A stretch of 64,000 nt of DNA from Spirochaetia bacterium. GTDB taxonomy: Bacteria > Spirochaetota > Spirochaetia > SZUA-6 > Bin103. The position numbers and the translations under genes are program-made. The notes beneath the pieces were generated by a model. It did not search any database. It worked only from the letters and a program-made list of their open reading frames with translations, and was not told the origin of the DNA. The DNA is taken from the NCBI GenBank assembly GCA_965203905.1, contig CBDBDQ010000005.1:4160001-4224000 (forward strand). Reading direction: 5' to 3'. Below are positions 20,026 to 28,838 of this stretch, piece after piece (position 1 is the first letter of the stretch; the number at the start of each line of letters is the position of its first letter).

Positions 20026-21357
20026 ATGAATCGACTTCGTGTCGTACCGACAATTGCCGTGCTGCTGTCCGCTTTCCTTGCCGGAAGCGTGTTCGCCAGC
20101 GGGACCGAGGAGGGCGCCACCGAGGAGCGCGGGCCTATCACCATGACCTACCTGCGCTTCGGCGGGCCCGACGACATCACCCAGGACGAGGCGTTGATCG
20201 CGCGCTGGGAGGAGCGCAATCCCGGCGACAAGATCGAGCCCCTGATCGCGCCGTTCCCGCAGTGGAAGGAGAAGCTGGACACCATGGTCGCGGGCGGACA
20301 GGCGCCCGACATCATCTTCGGCTGGCCGACGCCGTTCGCCAACCTGTGGGCCAACGAGCGCATCATCTCCCTGAACGAGCTGGTGCAGGCCGACGTCGAC
20401 TTCAACATCGACGACTACCCGCAACACAAGCAGTTCATCTTCGACGGCGAGCTCACCGGCATCCCCTACAACGCCACCGCCCACATCCTGGTCTACAACA
20501 AGACCATGTTCGAGGATGCGGGGCTGGAGACGCCGATCGAGATGTACAACCGCGGCGCCTGGAACTGGTCCAACGCCATCGAAGTGGCCAAGCAGTTGAC
20601 GGTCGACGAGGACGGCGACGGCGTGCCCGACCAGTACGGGATGGTGAACATGGGCGACAACCCGGTGCCGATCATGACCGCGGTGTGGGCTCACGGCGGC
20701 CGGCTGTTCAACGAGGACTTCACCGAGATCACCTTCGACACCCCCCAGGTGCACGAGGCGCTGCAGTTGCTGGTCGACCTGGTACGCACGCATGAGGTGG
20801 CGCCGCCGCCGGAGATGCAGGCGAGCGAGATCGGGATCTCCTTCAGCTCCGGCAAGGTGGCGATCGGGCGGCAGAGCGCCGCCACCATCATGCTGCGCCA
20901 CATCCGCTGGGAAGAGCCGTGGGAGTGGGACATCGTGCCGTTCCCGGCCGGTCCCGAGGGCTTCGCCGCGTGGGCGGACGGCAACAGCCTCGGCATCTCC
21001 GTCGGCGTGCCCGACAAGCACCTGGCGTGGGACTTCGTCACCTCCATGGTGGATGAGGAGTCGTGGCAGGTGCGCTTCGACCTGGGTCTCCCGTTCCGGC
21101 TGCCGCCCAACATCAAGGTGATCAACTCGGCCACCTTCCGCGAGCTGTGGAGCTATGTCGACGTGGACATGATCATGGACGTGATGCTCGGCGACAAGGC
21201 GCTCACGCCGCTGGTGCCGCGTCAGGCGGACGCGTTCCGCATCGCCTACAACGTGATGGACACCGAGGTGGAGAACGCGGTGCGCGGCGACATAACGGTC
21301 GAAGAAGCGATCGCCGCCACCGTCAAGCAGGCCAACGACATCCTGGCCGGCTTCTAG
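20026..21357 (+). CDS. carbohydrate ABC transporter substrate-binding protein
   Basis: AAGGAGG RBS, signal peptide ending VFASGTEE, GQAPDI, LVYNKTMFEDAG, WDIVPFP.GP. Confidence 0.9.
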   Translation: MNRLRVVPTIAVLLSAFLAGSVFASGTEEGATEERGPITMTYLRFGGPDDITQDEALIARWEERNPGDKIEPLIAPFPQWKEKLDTMVAGGQAPDIIFGWPTPFANLWANERIISLNELVQADVDFNIDDYPQHKQFIFDGELTGIPYNATAHILVYNKTMFEDAGLETPIEMYNRGAWNWSNAIEVAKQLTVDEDGDGVPDQYGMVNMGDNPVPIMTAVWAHGGRLFNEDFTEITFDTPQVHEALQLLVDLVRTHEVAPPPEMQASEIGISFSSGKVAIGRQSAATIMLRHIRWEEPWEWDIVPFPAGPEGFAAWADGNSLGISVGVPDKHLAWDFVTSMVDEESWQVRFDLGLPFRLPPNIKVINSATFRELWSYVDVDMIMDVMLGDKALTPLVPRQADAFRIAYNVMDTEVENAVRGDITVEEAIAATVKQANDILAGF

Positions 21358-21372
21358 CTTTCGATCGGTTTC

Positions 21373-21897
21373 TCAGGCGCTGCCCCGGCGTTCAGCCGCG
21401 GCAGCGCAGGGGGACGCGACGGGCGCCGTAGCCGGGCAGGCGGACCTGCTCGGCGCAGTAGTCCACGGCCGGGGAATCTTTGCCTCCCTACTCGGACGGT
21501 ATCCCAATCCCCAGACTCGGAGCAGATTGCGGGCTCCCTGTTCGAAATCCTGCGTAAAGTCAACCATCTGAAATCCTGACAACGTCCAAGAGAGATCCTC
21601 GTAGTCGCAAGATTCAAACATCAGTGGCACGATTCTGGCGTTCAGAGGGTCCTGTCGGAGAGCATAGGCAAGTTCTCGCTTGACCCAGGTCGAATTGACC
21701 GCACCCGGTGATAGCACAAGCACGAACCAGTCACATCGACGCAGAGCTGATCCAATCTCGTCGTGCCACTGCTGCGCTCCAACGATATCGGTACTGCTAT
21801 ACCAAACGGGGAGTCCGTGCCGCCGTAGCATCTCCGCCAGCCGGACGACGAAGCCCCGATCTCGATCCGAGTGTGAGAGGAATATCTCCTGCGGCAC
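21373..21897 (-). CDS. stand-alone TIR-domain protein
   Basis: IFLSHS..D, G...W, EI..AL, VLVLSP.AV.S.WVKRELAYA with the conserved Glu; last ~35 codons are read-through into a repeat. Confidence 0.9.
   Translation of the reverse strand: MPQEIFLSHSDRDRGFVVRLAEMLRRHGLPVWYSSTDIVGAQQWHDEIGSALRRCDWFVLVLSPGAVNSTWVKRELAYALRQDPLNARIVPLMFESCDYEDLSWTLSGFQMVDFTQDFEQGARNLLRVWGLGYRPSREAKIPRPWTTAPSRSACPATAPVASPCAAAAERRGSA
21401..21461. repeat. direct repeat copy A (duplicate of GH42 gene 3' end)
   Basis: 56 of 61 nt identical to 22502-22562 by manual alignment; minus strand reads YCAEQVRLPGYGARRVPLRC then RG*. Confidence 0.9.
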
Positions 21898-21933
21898 AGT
21901 ATGCTTCGGTTCGGGCGGCTGCGTGCGTGCGTC

Positions 21934-22356
21934 TCAGGCGACTTGCAGAAGAGTCCGAGCGACTTCCCTGATGCCCTCTTCTTCGCTCTCGTGTTCAGTA
22001 AGATTGATCATCTTCTGACGCCGGAGAATCCAGGGAACATCCTCGGTATCCAGCACGCTCGGATCGCCGGCAACAACGGGTATCAGACGTCTGCGGAAAC
22101 GCTTCTTGGTGAGGGCATACTCAATCTCCCAACGCATCTCCCAACGCGCCCATTGCGAACGCACCGAGTCTGGTGTCAGAAGTACGACCATTGCCTGGGA
22201 CTCTTGCAGCGCGTTACTTACTTCCTGTGCCCAGTTATCTCCTGGCAGGATCTCGCGCGTGGCATCCCACACCTCCAAGCCAGACTCCTGCAGGGTCGCG
22301 GCAACCTTGTGGGCCAGCCGTTCATCGGAATGTGCGTGGCTGATGAATACCTTCAC
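21934..22356 (-). CDS. stand-alone TIR-domain protein
   Basis: VKVFISHAHSD, GLEVWD...ILPGDNW, VVLLTPDSVRS..W...EIEYAL, LIPV; GTG start at 22356. Confidence 0.9.
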   Translation of the reverse strand: MKVFISHAHSDERLAHKVAATLQESGLEVWDATREILPGDNWAQEVSNALQESQAMVVLLTPDSVRSQWARWEMRWEIEYALTKKRFRRRLIPVVAGDPSVLDTEDVPWILRRQKMINLTEHESEEEGIREVARTLLQVA

Positions 22357-22447
22357 TTCTACCTGCCGACCACGTGGCTCGACTCCGATGCTTGGCGAGC
22401 GGCGACTTGCGCTGGCCGACCAAGCGGGAAGCGTGCCCGGAGCGGTT

Positions 22448-24496
22448 TCAGGATACCTCACCAGCCTGACAGCCGGCAACTCCCGGGGCAGGCTGCTCCG
22501 GGCGGCGCAGGGGGACGCGGCGGGCGCCGTAGGCGGGCAGGCGGACCTGCTCGGGGCGGTAGCCGCGCGCGGCCGCGGTGACCGTCCAGGGGTATCCGGA
22601 GCGGTTGATCAGGAACAGCAGGCTGCCGGCAGTGCTCTCAAGCACCCGCGCCTCGACCAGCGAGCGGTATTCCTCCGGCACCTCGCCGGTCAGTTCGATG
22701 TCGGGCGGCAGGGTGGCGGGCAGCCAGCCCGCCAAGAGGCGGCGCAGGCCGCGGTGCAGGGACCACAGGTAGGAGCGGCCCAGGGCGAAGGTGGCCACCA
22801 GGAGGCGGCCCTCCGGGCCGGTGGCGACCAGGCCGGGCGCGTCCACGTCGCGGTAGCGCGCCAGTTCCGAGCCGGCGAACCGGCCAGCCAGCACGCGGTC
22901 GAAGAAGGCGAAACCGCCGAAACCGCCTTGCGCGTCGTTCAGGCTCCAGCCGGCCATCCAATGGTCGGGCCGGATCCACTCGCGGCACTCCATGCCGAAA
23001 GCGGCGGCCGCCCGCCGGCTGTCCTCGAGGCCGGTCATCGGCAGTTCCACGACCGCGCGCCCGCCGCCGGCCACGAAAACGGTGAGACCATCCAACTCGT
23101 CAGCCGACAGTCCCAGTGGAAACGGAACGGCCACCAGCTCCAGGCCGCCACCCGCCGGCGGGAAGCTGCCCCCGGTAACGAAGGTCACCTCGTAGCCCAG
23201 GTCCAGGAACAGCCCGTAGAGGCCGTACACGGTGTCCGCCAACGGCGCTCCGCGGGCGTTGGCCTGCCACACCATCTCGCGGCTCAGGTAGATCGCCACC
23301 CGCGCCGGCACCGTGCGCGCCCCCGCCAGCAGCTCCGCATCGGCACGCAACTCGGCGATCACCCGCTTCGTCGCCAGCCGCCGCTCGGTGTCGTACTCGT
23401 CGGCGTCCACCATGTGGTTGATCCATGGTTCCGGTCCGCTCAGCAGCGGCTCCCAGCGGTAGAAGAACAGGGCGTCGGCGCCGTGGCTTGCCACCTGGTT
23501 GACCTCCGCCTCGATCTGGATGCCGCGCCACAGCAGCGAGGCGCTGGCGTCGCGGCCGGCGCCGGCGTACGGGAACGGTCCGCCCTGAAACTCGGTGATC
23601 CACAGCTCCTGCTCCGGGGCCAGCGCCTTCAGCAGCGCCAGGTGGGCGCCGGAGATCGCCGCGGTCTGCGCCCCCGAGCCGTGGTACAGGCTGGACGAGG
23701 TGTAGTCGAGCCGTGGCAGCAGCCACCAGTCCTGGCCCTTGGCCTGCAGCCCATCGAAGTGGGTGTAGTTGAAGCTCACCCGTACGCCGGGACACTCGGC
23801 GCGGATGATGTCGGCTCCCTCCAGCAGAAAGGCCGACAGCCGCCGCGCCGAGAACTCGCGCCAGTCGCGCCACAGGCCGGCGGGGTCCGGGTCGGCCTCG
23901 CGCGGCGGCTCAAGGTCCGCGAAGCCGGCGAACGCGGTGCCGAAGCGCGCGTTGACCGCCTCGATGCTGCCGCAGCGGCGCTCCAGGTCGGCCCGGTAGC
24001 CGGCCACCGAGTGCTCGCAGTAGCAGGGATGGTCGCCCACGCCCAGGTTGGGCTCGTTGTGGATGTCCCAGTCGAAGATCGCGGGATGGCCGCAGAAGCG
24101 GCGCGCGCTGGCCCGCACCAGGTCGTCACGGCGGCGCCGGTACGCGGGATGGTCGACGCAGGCACGCGGCCACAGGTAGTGGTGCGGGCCCTCCGGATAG
24201 GCGTTGCCGCCGCGATCCACCACCTTGGCGTCGGGGTGCTCCTCGAAGAACGGGTAGCCGACGTAGAAGGTGGCGAACCCGAACAGCACCCCCACCTCCA
24301 GCTCGGCGCACAGGTCGAGCAGCCGCCCCACCTCGTCGCTGTCGCTGTCGAAGCCGATGCGGATGCGGATGGCGTCGAACCCGGTGTCCTTGATCAGCGC
24401 CAGGTCGCGGCGCCAGTCCTGCTCGCCGCGCGGCAGCCACTCGGGACGCGTCGCCATTCCGCCGAACGGATACTCGTAGTGGGTGCCGAAGATCAC
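22448..24496 (-). CDS. GH42-like beta-galactosidase family glycoside hydrolase
   Basis: WRRDLALIKDTGF, WDIHNEP acid/base, CYCEHS, WITEFQGG nucleophile, trimerisation-type C-terminal domain. Confidence 0.85.
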   Translation of the reverse strand: MIFGTHYEYPFGGMATRPEWLPRGEQDWRRDLALIKDTGFDAIRIRIGFDSDSDEVGRLLDLCAELEVGVLFGFATFYVGYPFFEEHPDAKVVDRGGNAYPEGPHHYLWPRACVDHPAYRRRRDDLVRASARRFCGHPAIFDWDIHNEPNLGVGDHPCYCEHSVAGYRADLERRCGSIEAVNARFGTAFAGFADLEPPREADPDPAGLWRDWREFSARRLSAFLLEGADIIRAECPGVRVSFNYTHFDGLQAKGQDWWLLPRLDYTSSSLYHGSGAQTAAISGAHLALLKALAPEQELWITEFQGGPFPYAGAGRDASASLLWRGIQIEAEVNQVASHGADALFFYRWEPLLSGPEPWINHMVDADEYDTERRLATKRVIAELRADAELLAGARTVPARVAIYLSREMVWQANARGAPLADTVYGLYGLFLDLGYEVTFVTGGSFPPAGGGLELVAVPFPLGLSADELDGLTVFVAGGGRAVVELPMTGLEDSRRAAAAFGMECREWIRPDHWMAGWSLNDAQGGFGGFAFFDRVLAGRFAGSELARYRDVDAPGLVATGPEGRLLVATFALGRSYLWSLHRGLRRLLAGWLPATLPPDIELTGEVPEEYRSLVEARVLESTAGSLLFLINRSGYPWTVTAAARGYRPEQVRLPAYGARRVPLRRPEQPAPGVAGCQAGEVS
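22502..22562. repeat. direct repeat copy B (within GH42 3' end)
   Basis: Encodes YRPEQVRLPAYGARRVPLRR; matches 21401-21461. Confidence 0.9.
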
Positions 24497-24499
24497 CGG

Positions 24500-25369
24500 T
24501 CAGCCCTTGATCCCGGTGGTCACCACGCCGTGGATGTAGTACTTCTGCGCCACGAAGAACAGCGCCACGCTCGGCACCAGCACGATGATCGACACCGCCA
24601 TCAGGCTCGTCCAGTCGGTGAAGTCCTGGTCCTGAAAGAAACGCAGGCCCAGCGACAGCGTCATCTTGTCCATCGAGTGGATGTAGATCAGCGGCTCCAG
24701 GAAGTCGTTCCACACCCGGATGAAGGCGAACACCCCCACCACCCCGAGCACCGGGCGCGACAGCGGCAGGATGATCAGCAGGAAGCTGGCGAACACCCCC
24801 GCGCCGTCGATGGCGGCGGCATCCTCCATCTCCAGCGGAATGGTGAGAAAGAACTGGCGCACCAGGAATATGAAGAACGGCACTCCCCCGAAGAAGAACG
24901 GCACGATCAGCGGCAGGTAGGTGTCGATCCAGCCGAGAAAGCGGAAGGTGATGAACATCGGAATCAGGCGCACGTGGAACGGCAGCATCATGGTGCTCAG
25001 CAGGATCACGAACAGGGTGGTGCGGCCCGGGAACTCCAGGCGGGCGAAGCCGTAGGCCACCAGCGAGGAGGAGATAACGGCGCCGGACACCGACAGCAGG
25101 GTGATGACCGAGGTGTTGAAGAACCAGCGCGTGAACGGCAAGGCGGTCCAGCCGTCGCTGAAGTTGTTCCAGCGCAGCGGCCGGGTGAACAGCTGCGGCG
25201 GATAGATGAACTCGGTGCCCGGCACCTTGACCGCGGTGGACAGCATCCAAATGAACGGCGCCAGGATCACCACGCCGCCGGCGGCCAGGGCCAGGTAGAC
25301 GAACGCCAGGGTGATGCGGCGCTTGAACGATTGCCGTTCGTAGTAGCGGACCAGGGTCACGCTCGACAT
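24500..25369 (-). CDS. carbohydrate ABC transporter permease (MalG-like)
   Basis: P.EMEDAAAIDGA EAA loop, WNDFLEPLIY, QKYYI.G...TGIKG. Confidence 0.95.
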   Translation of the reverse strand: MSSVTLVRYYERQSFKRRITLAFVYLALAAGGVVILAPFIWMLSTAVKVPGTEFIYPPQLFTRPLRWNNFSDGWTALPFTRWFFNTSVITLLSVSGAVISSSLVAYGFARLEFPGRTTLFVILLSTMMLPFHVRLIPMFITFRFLGWIDTYLPLIVPFFFGGVPFFIFLVRQFFLTIPLEMEDAAAIDGAGVFASFLLIILPLSRPVLGVVGVFAFIRVWNDFLEPLIYIHSMDKMTLSLGLRFFQDQDFTDWTSLMAVSIIVLVPSVALFFVAQKYYIHGVVTTGIKG

Positions 25370-25376
25370 GCCGATG

Positions 25377-26240
25377 CTACTTCCGCGACTCGTAGTACAC
25401 CCAGGCCGCGGACGAGCGCAGCACCACGAGGGTCATGCCGAGGATGAGAACGAACAGGATCCACGCCTGTGCGGCGGCGTAGCCCATGCGATACCACTGG
25501 AACGCGTGCCGGTACAGGTACAGCACGTACATCAGGCTGCCGTGGTTGGGACCGCCATCGGTCATCACGTAGGCGGGCGTGAACACCTGGAACGACTGGA
25601 TGATGCCCATGATCAGGTTGAACAGGATCACCGGCGAGATCATCGGCACGGTGATCTTCAGGAACCGCTGCCAGGCGTTGGCGCCATCCACGATCGCCGC
25701 CTCGTAGTAGGAGGTGGGTACGTTCTGCAGCGCCGCCAGGTAGATCAGCATCGGCCCGCCGACGCCCCACAGGCTCATGATGATCAACGCCGGGATCACC
25801 CAGGTCTCGTCCGCCAGCCAGGCCGGTCCCTCGATCCCGAACACCTCCCTCAGAAACAGGTTGAAGATGCCGAAGCGCGGGTTGAAGATCCATACCCACA
25901 GCAGCGACACCGCCACTCCTACGATCACGCTCGGCAGGTAGTAGATGGTGCGGAAGAAGCCGAGCCCCTTGATCTTCTGATTGAGCAGCACGGCGATCAG
26001 CAGCCCGAACACCAGGTTGAGCGGGATGCTCAGCGAGTAGAGGGCGGTGACCTTGAGCGACTTCCAGAACAGCGGGTCGTCGAAGAACAGCTTGGCGTAG
26101 TTCTTGAAGCCGATGATCTGCGGCTTGGAGAGCGCGTTCCAGTTGGTGAAGCTCAGGAACAGCGACGCCAGCAGCGAGCCCACCACGAACACCAGGAAGC
26201 CGATCACCCACGGCGAGATGAACACGTACCCGGCGATCAT
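25377..26240 (-). CDS. carbohydrate ABC transporter permease (MalF-like)
   Basis: GYVFISPW.IGF, YEAAIVDGA, TDGGP, MGYAAA.AW. Confidence 0.95.
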   Translation of the reverse strand: MIAGYVFISPWVIGFLVFVVGSLLASLFLSFTNWNALSKPQIIGFKNYAKLFFDDPLFWKSLKVTALYSLSIPLNLVFGLLIAVLLNQKIKGLGFFRTIYYLPSVIVGVAVSLLWVWIFNPRFGIFNLFLREVFGIEGPAWLADETWVIPALIIMSLWGVGGPMLIYLAALQNVPTSYYEAAIVDGANAWQRFLKITVPMISPVILFNLIMGIIQSFQVFTPAYVMTDGGPNHGSLMYVLYLYRHAFQWYRMGYAAAQAWILFVLILGMTLVVLRSSAAWVYYESRK

Positions 26241-27053
26241 GCGTTTCTGGTGGTAGGTATACAGGGCCGGCCCCCGGCGCCGAGACTATCACAGCCCCGC
26301 ACCTCCGGCCACCGCAGACCGGCATGAGCCACGTGTGGCCCGTCGTAGCCACACGCCTCGCGCGCCGGCTCGCCGTACCGCCCGCCGTGGAGCGCCCTGG
26401 ATCCGCTGATGGGTCGCCGTGGTCACCGTGACCGACAGGATGCCGCGTCAGCCGATGAGCGAGGTGTGGTGCCTCTGCAGCACGGCGGAAACATCCGCTG
26501 CTAATCTTGGTCATCCGAGTAAACAGGTGGGCTCACGTGAAAGGCATGCCGAAGCCGGGAGCCGCCCTTACCACGTCCTCGACCTCGTCACGCGCGAGCC
26601 TGTCGAGCGGACGTACCGTGTCATGGGCAAACGGCCAATCCTGGGTCAGAAACGCCCAAGCGTTCATGAGAATCAAGGTGTCACCCGTCGGTCCGTTCGC
26701 GAAATGGCGAATTTGTTGTCAGTTTCGCGACTGCTACGCCAATTCGTGAATTTGGCAGATTGATTTCGTCGCATTGCTCTACGATCTTGACTGTTCCCAT
26801 CAGATTGTTGTAGAGGAACGATTTACTCATGCTGGTTCTGAATCGTGCATAGGATCAGACCTGTCGCGAAATCGCGAACTTCAGGGTAGATTCGGGAAGT
26901 TCCGCCGATTCGCGAATTCGCGAGAGAGAATCAGGTGCTTGGCGAGAATTGGGGCCCAACATCGTGCTTGCCGTCACTCGTTCCGGGACGCTAAAATGTG
27001 GACAGAGGGTTTGTTATTCCACCCATCACTTACCCTCCAATAGGAGGCCCACC

Positions 27054-27539
27054 ATGGCGAACCAGGAAGGCACTTCCGGCCACGACGTGATTCACGGCGA
27101 CGCGGACGGCGACAGGATCGAGGGCGGCGCCGGCTACGACTTCATCTATGGCGGCAGTGGTGCGGACGAACTGTATGGCGGCGAAGGCAAGGACCACCTG
27201 TTCGGCGGCGAGGGCGACGACACACTCGTAGGCGGTGCGAGCGTCGACCACATGACCGGCGGTGCGGGCGCGGACACGTTTGTGTTCGGCCCGGGACACG
27301 GATACGACTACATTCACGACTTCACCGATGGTGAAGACGTAGTCGACCTCACCGCGCTCACCGGCATCTCCGGTTTCGAGGACCTCACCATCACCGCCTA
27401 TGGGGAGGACGCCATCGTCGACCTGACCGCACACGGCGGAGGCCACATCCACCTTCGCAACGTCGACGTCGCCGATCTGGACGCCAACGACTTCCTGTTC
27501 TACGTGCCTACTACGGAGGCTGCCCAGGACGGCATGTAG
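27054..27539 (+). CDS. small RTX/hemolysin-type calcium-binding repeat protein
   Basis: AGGAGG RBS; tandem GGxGxD nonapeptides, D.I.DFTDGED.VDL and C-terminal DFLF motif. Confidence 0.88.
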   Translation: MANQEGTSGHDVIHGDADGDRIEGGAGYDFIYGGSGADELYGGEGKDHLFGGEGDDTLVGGASVDHMTGGAGADTFVFGPGHGYDYIHDFTDGEDVVDLTALTGISGFEDLTITAYGEDAIVDLTAHGGGHIHLRNVDVADLDANDFLFYVPTTEAAQDGM

Positions 27540-27744
27540 CGACGCAAACGGGCCGGAGAGCGTCCCGTCTCGGTGGCGGCACGCGCCGGTGCCCGTTCAA
27601 ATGACGACGCGCATGGCACTCAATAGTCGCATCTGGCCTCTACCCGAGCTGTTTGAGCCCCCTGCATTCCGGCCGCCTTCGATAACGCTGCTATAACCCT
27701 ACGGCGCCGTCCGCCGCACGCGAGTGACCGAGCTGACGGCGCGA

Positions 27745-28002
27745 CCCCGGCGCTTGTCGGGCAGCCCCAGGGCCCGTCCGCGTCGAGCCGCTCCAGGAAC
27801 TCCCGGCACGAGCGGGCCTTCAGCCGCCCGTTGGGGCCGCCGCCACGGCAACAGCTCCCACACGGTAGCGCGCCGGCTCCATCCGGCTCACGCTCACAAC
27901 CCACCCATGAGGGAGTATCGGTTGCCATAAACCTTTATGGATGAGTGAGATATCTCTCTGTGCGAAGGCGCCGCACCCGTTGTCGTCGCCAGAGACTGCC
28001 AT
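27745..28002 (-). pseudogene. frameshifted 5' remnant of a DUF4338-type (IS-associated/DruA-like) gene
   Basis: Piecing frames gives F.QRDISLI...VSRMEPAR/TVWELLPWRRP/NGRLKARSCREFLERLDADG../LPDKRRGR, resembling DUF4338 N-termini. Confidence 0.55.
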
Positions 28003-28092
28003 TTGAGCCAGCCTTCGCTACCTCCTACGCAAACGAAGATGTCCCCACCCGGGGCCCAGGGACGAGGGTCCCCGTGCCGAGAGAAGCCAAGC

Positions 28093-28126
28093 TTGACAAT
28101 AACTGAGAATCGATTATTATTTCTCT
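28093..28126 (+). promoter_or_regulatory. sigma70 promoter with overlapping Fur-family operator; leaderless start
   Basis: TTGACA (28093-98)-16-TATTAT (28115-20)-6-ATG; AT-rich imperfect palindrome TGAGAATCGATTATTA between the boxes. Confidence 0.75.
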
Positions 28127-28495
28127 ATGCAGAGAGCGAAGCAGCAACTGGCCGTCTTCCGAGCCCTTGGCGAGGCGGACGGTCCCCTGTCCGCCAGGGA
28201 ACTGTGGACCCGCCTGAGCGGAACGGGTGTCGGTCTCGCCACGGTATACCGCGCTCTCCAACGGGGTGTTGAGGAGGGCACGCTGGAGTCCATCGAGGTG
28301 CTGGGCGGCGGCGTTCGGTACGAGCCCAAGGACCGCGAGCATCACCATCACTTTCTTTGCTCGACCTGCGACCACGCGTTCGACCTCTTCGGTTGCGTCG
28401 AGGGCCTTGAGTCCCTGCTCCCTGAGGGGTTTCAGATGACGGGACATGAGGTGGTGTTGCTCGGAACCTGTGATGCGTGTGGCAACGCGGCATGA
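28127..28495 (+). CDS. Fur-family metalloregulator (Zur-like)
   Basis: GLATVYRAL, HHHHFLCSTC and C-terminal CDAC. Confidence 0.92.
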   Translation: MQRAKQQLAVFRALGEADGPLSARELWTRLSGTGVGLATVYRALQRGVEEGTLESIEVLGGGVRYEPKDREHHHHFLCSTCDHAFDLFGCVEGLESLLPEGFQMTGHEVVLLGTCDACGNAA

Positions 28496-28529
28496 CGGTC
28501 GGCAACGCGCGTCGTCTTACTGCAAGCGT

Positions 28530-28838
28530 ATGTTGATCGGCACCTCACGACGCTACCCGAACCTCGAACGGGTTCGACGTATCAAGAAGGCATTGCGCGA
28601 AGCGCTGAGCCTTTCCGATGACATTACGGTCACGGTCACCGAGTTGGCTTGTCTCGAAGAAGGCTGCGCCCCCGTCGAAACTGCGATTGGCCTGCTTCGG
28701 CCCGACGCACCACAGCTTCAGTGCAAACTACACAAACCCATGGACGCCGTTGACGCAAAGGACCTGGTTCAGGTCTGCACGGCGTGGGGATTCGACGTAA
28801 AGATTCCGGTGCTCGCACCGCTACTCCAGGAGGACTAG
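28530..28838 (+). CDS. small conserved hypothetical protein with C-x4-C-x-P-x-ET motif
   Basis: VTELACLEEGCAPVET...K.HKP; abuts the cobW start. Confidence 0.7.
   Translation: MLIGTSRRYPNLERVRRIKKALREALSLSDDITVTVTELACLEEGCAPVETAIGLLRPDAPQLQCKLHKPMDAVDAKDLVQVCTAWGFDVKIPVLAPLLQED

Noticed and set aside
21373-22356. Thoeris, CBASS or SPARTA assignment for the TIR genes
   Set aside because: No ThsA-type effector, cyclase or short Argonaute in the window.
22106-25447. 1113-aa plus-strand ORF and other long antisense/alternate-frame ORFs (e.g. 55128-57764, 58200-60947, 7487-9187)
   Set aside because: Shadow ORFs of real high-GC genes on the opposite strand or frame; no recognisable motifs.
26537-26667. 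44-codon minus-strand ORF (MNAWAFLTQDWP...)
   Set aside because: No RBS, motif or family resemblance; not supportable.
27900-28005. Possible cobalamin riboswitch before the CobW cluster (GCCAGAGACTGCC)
   Set aside because: Upstream core elements of the B12 aptamer are not present; the region is better explained as a DUF4338-like remnant on the minus strand.
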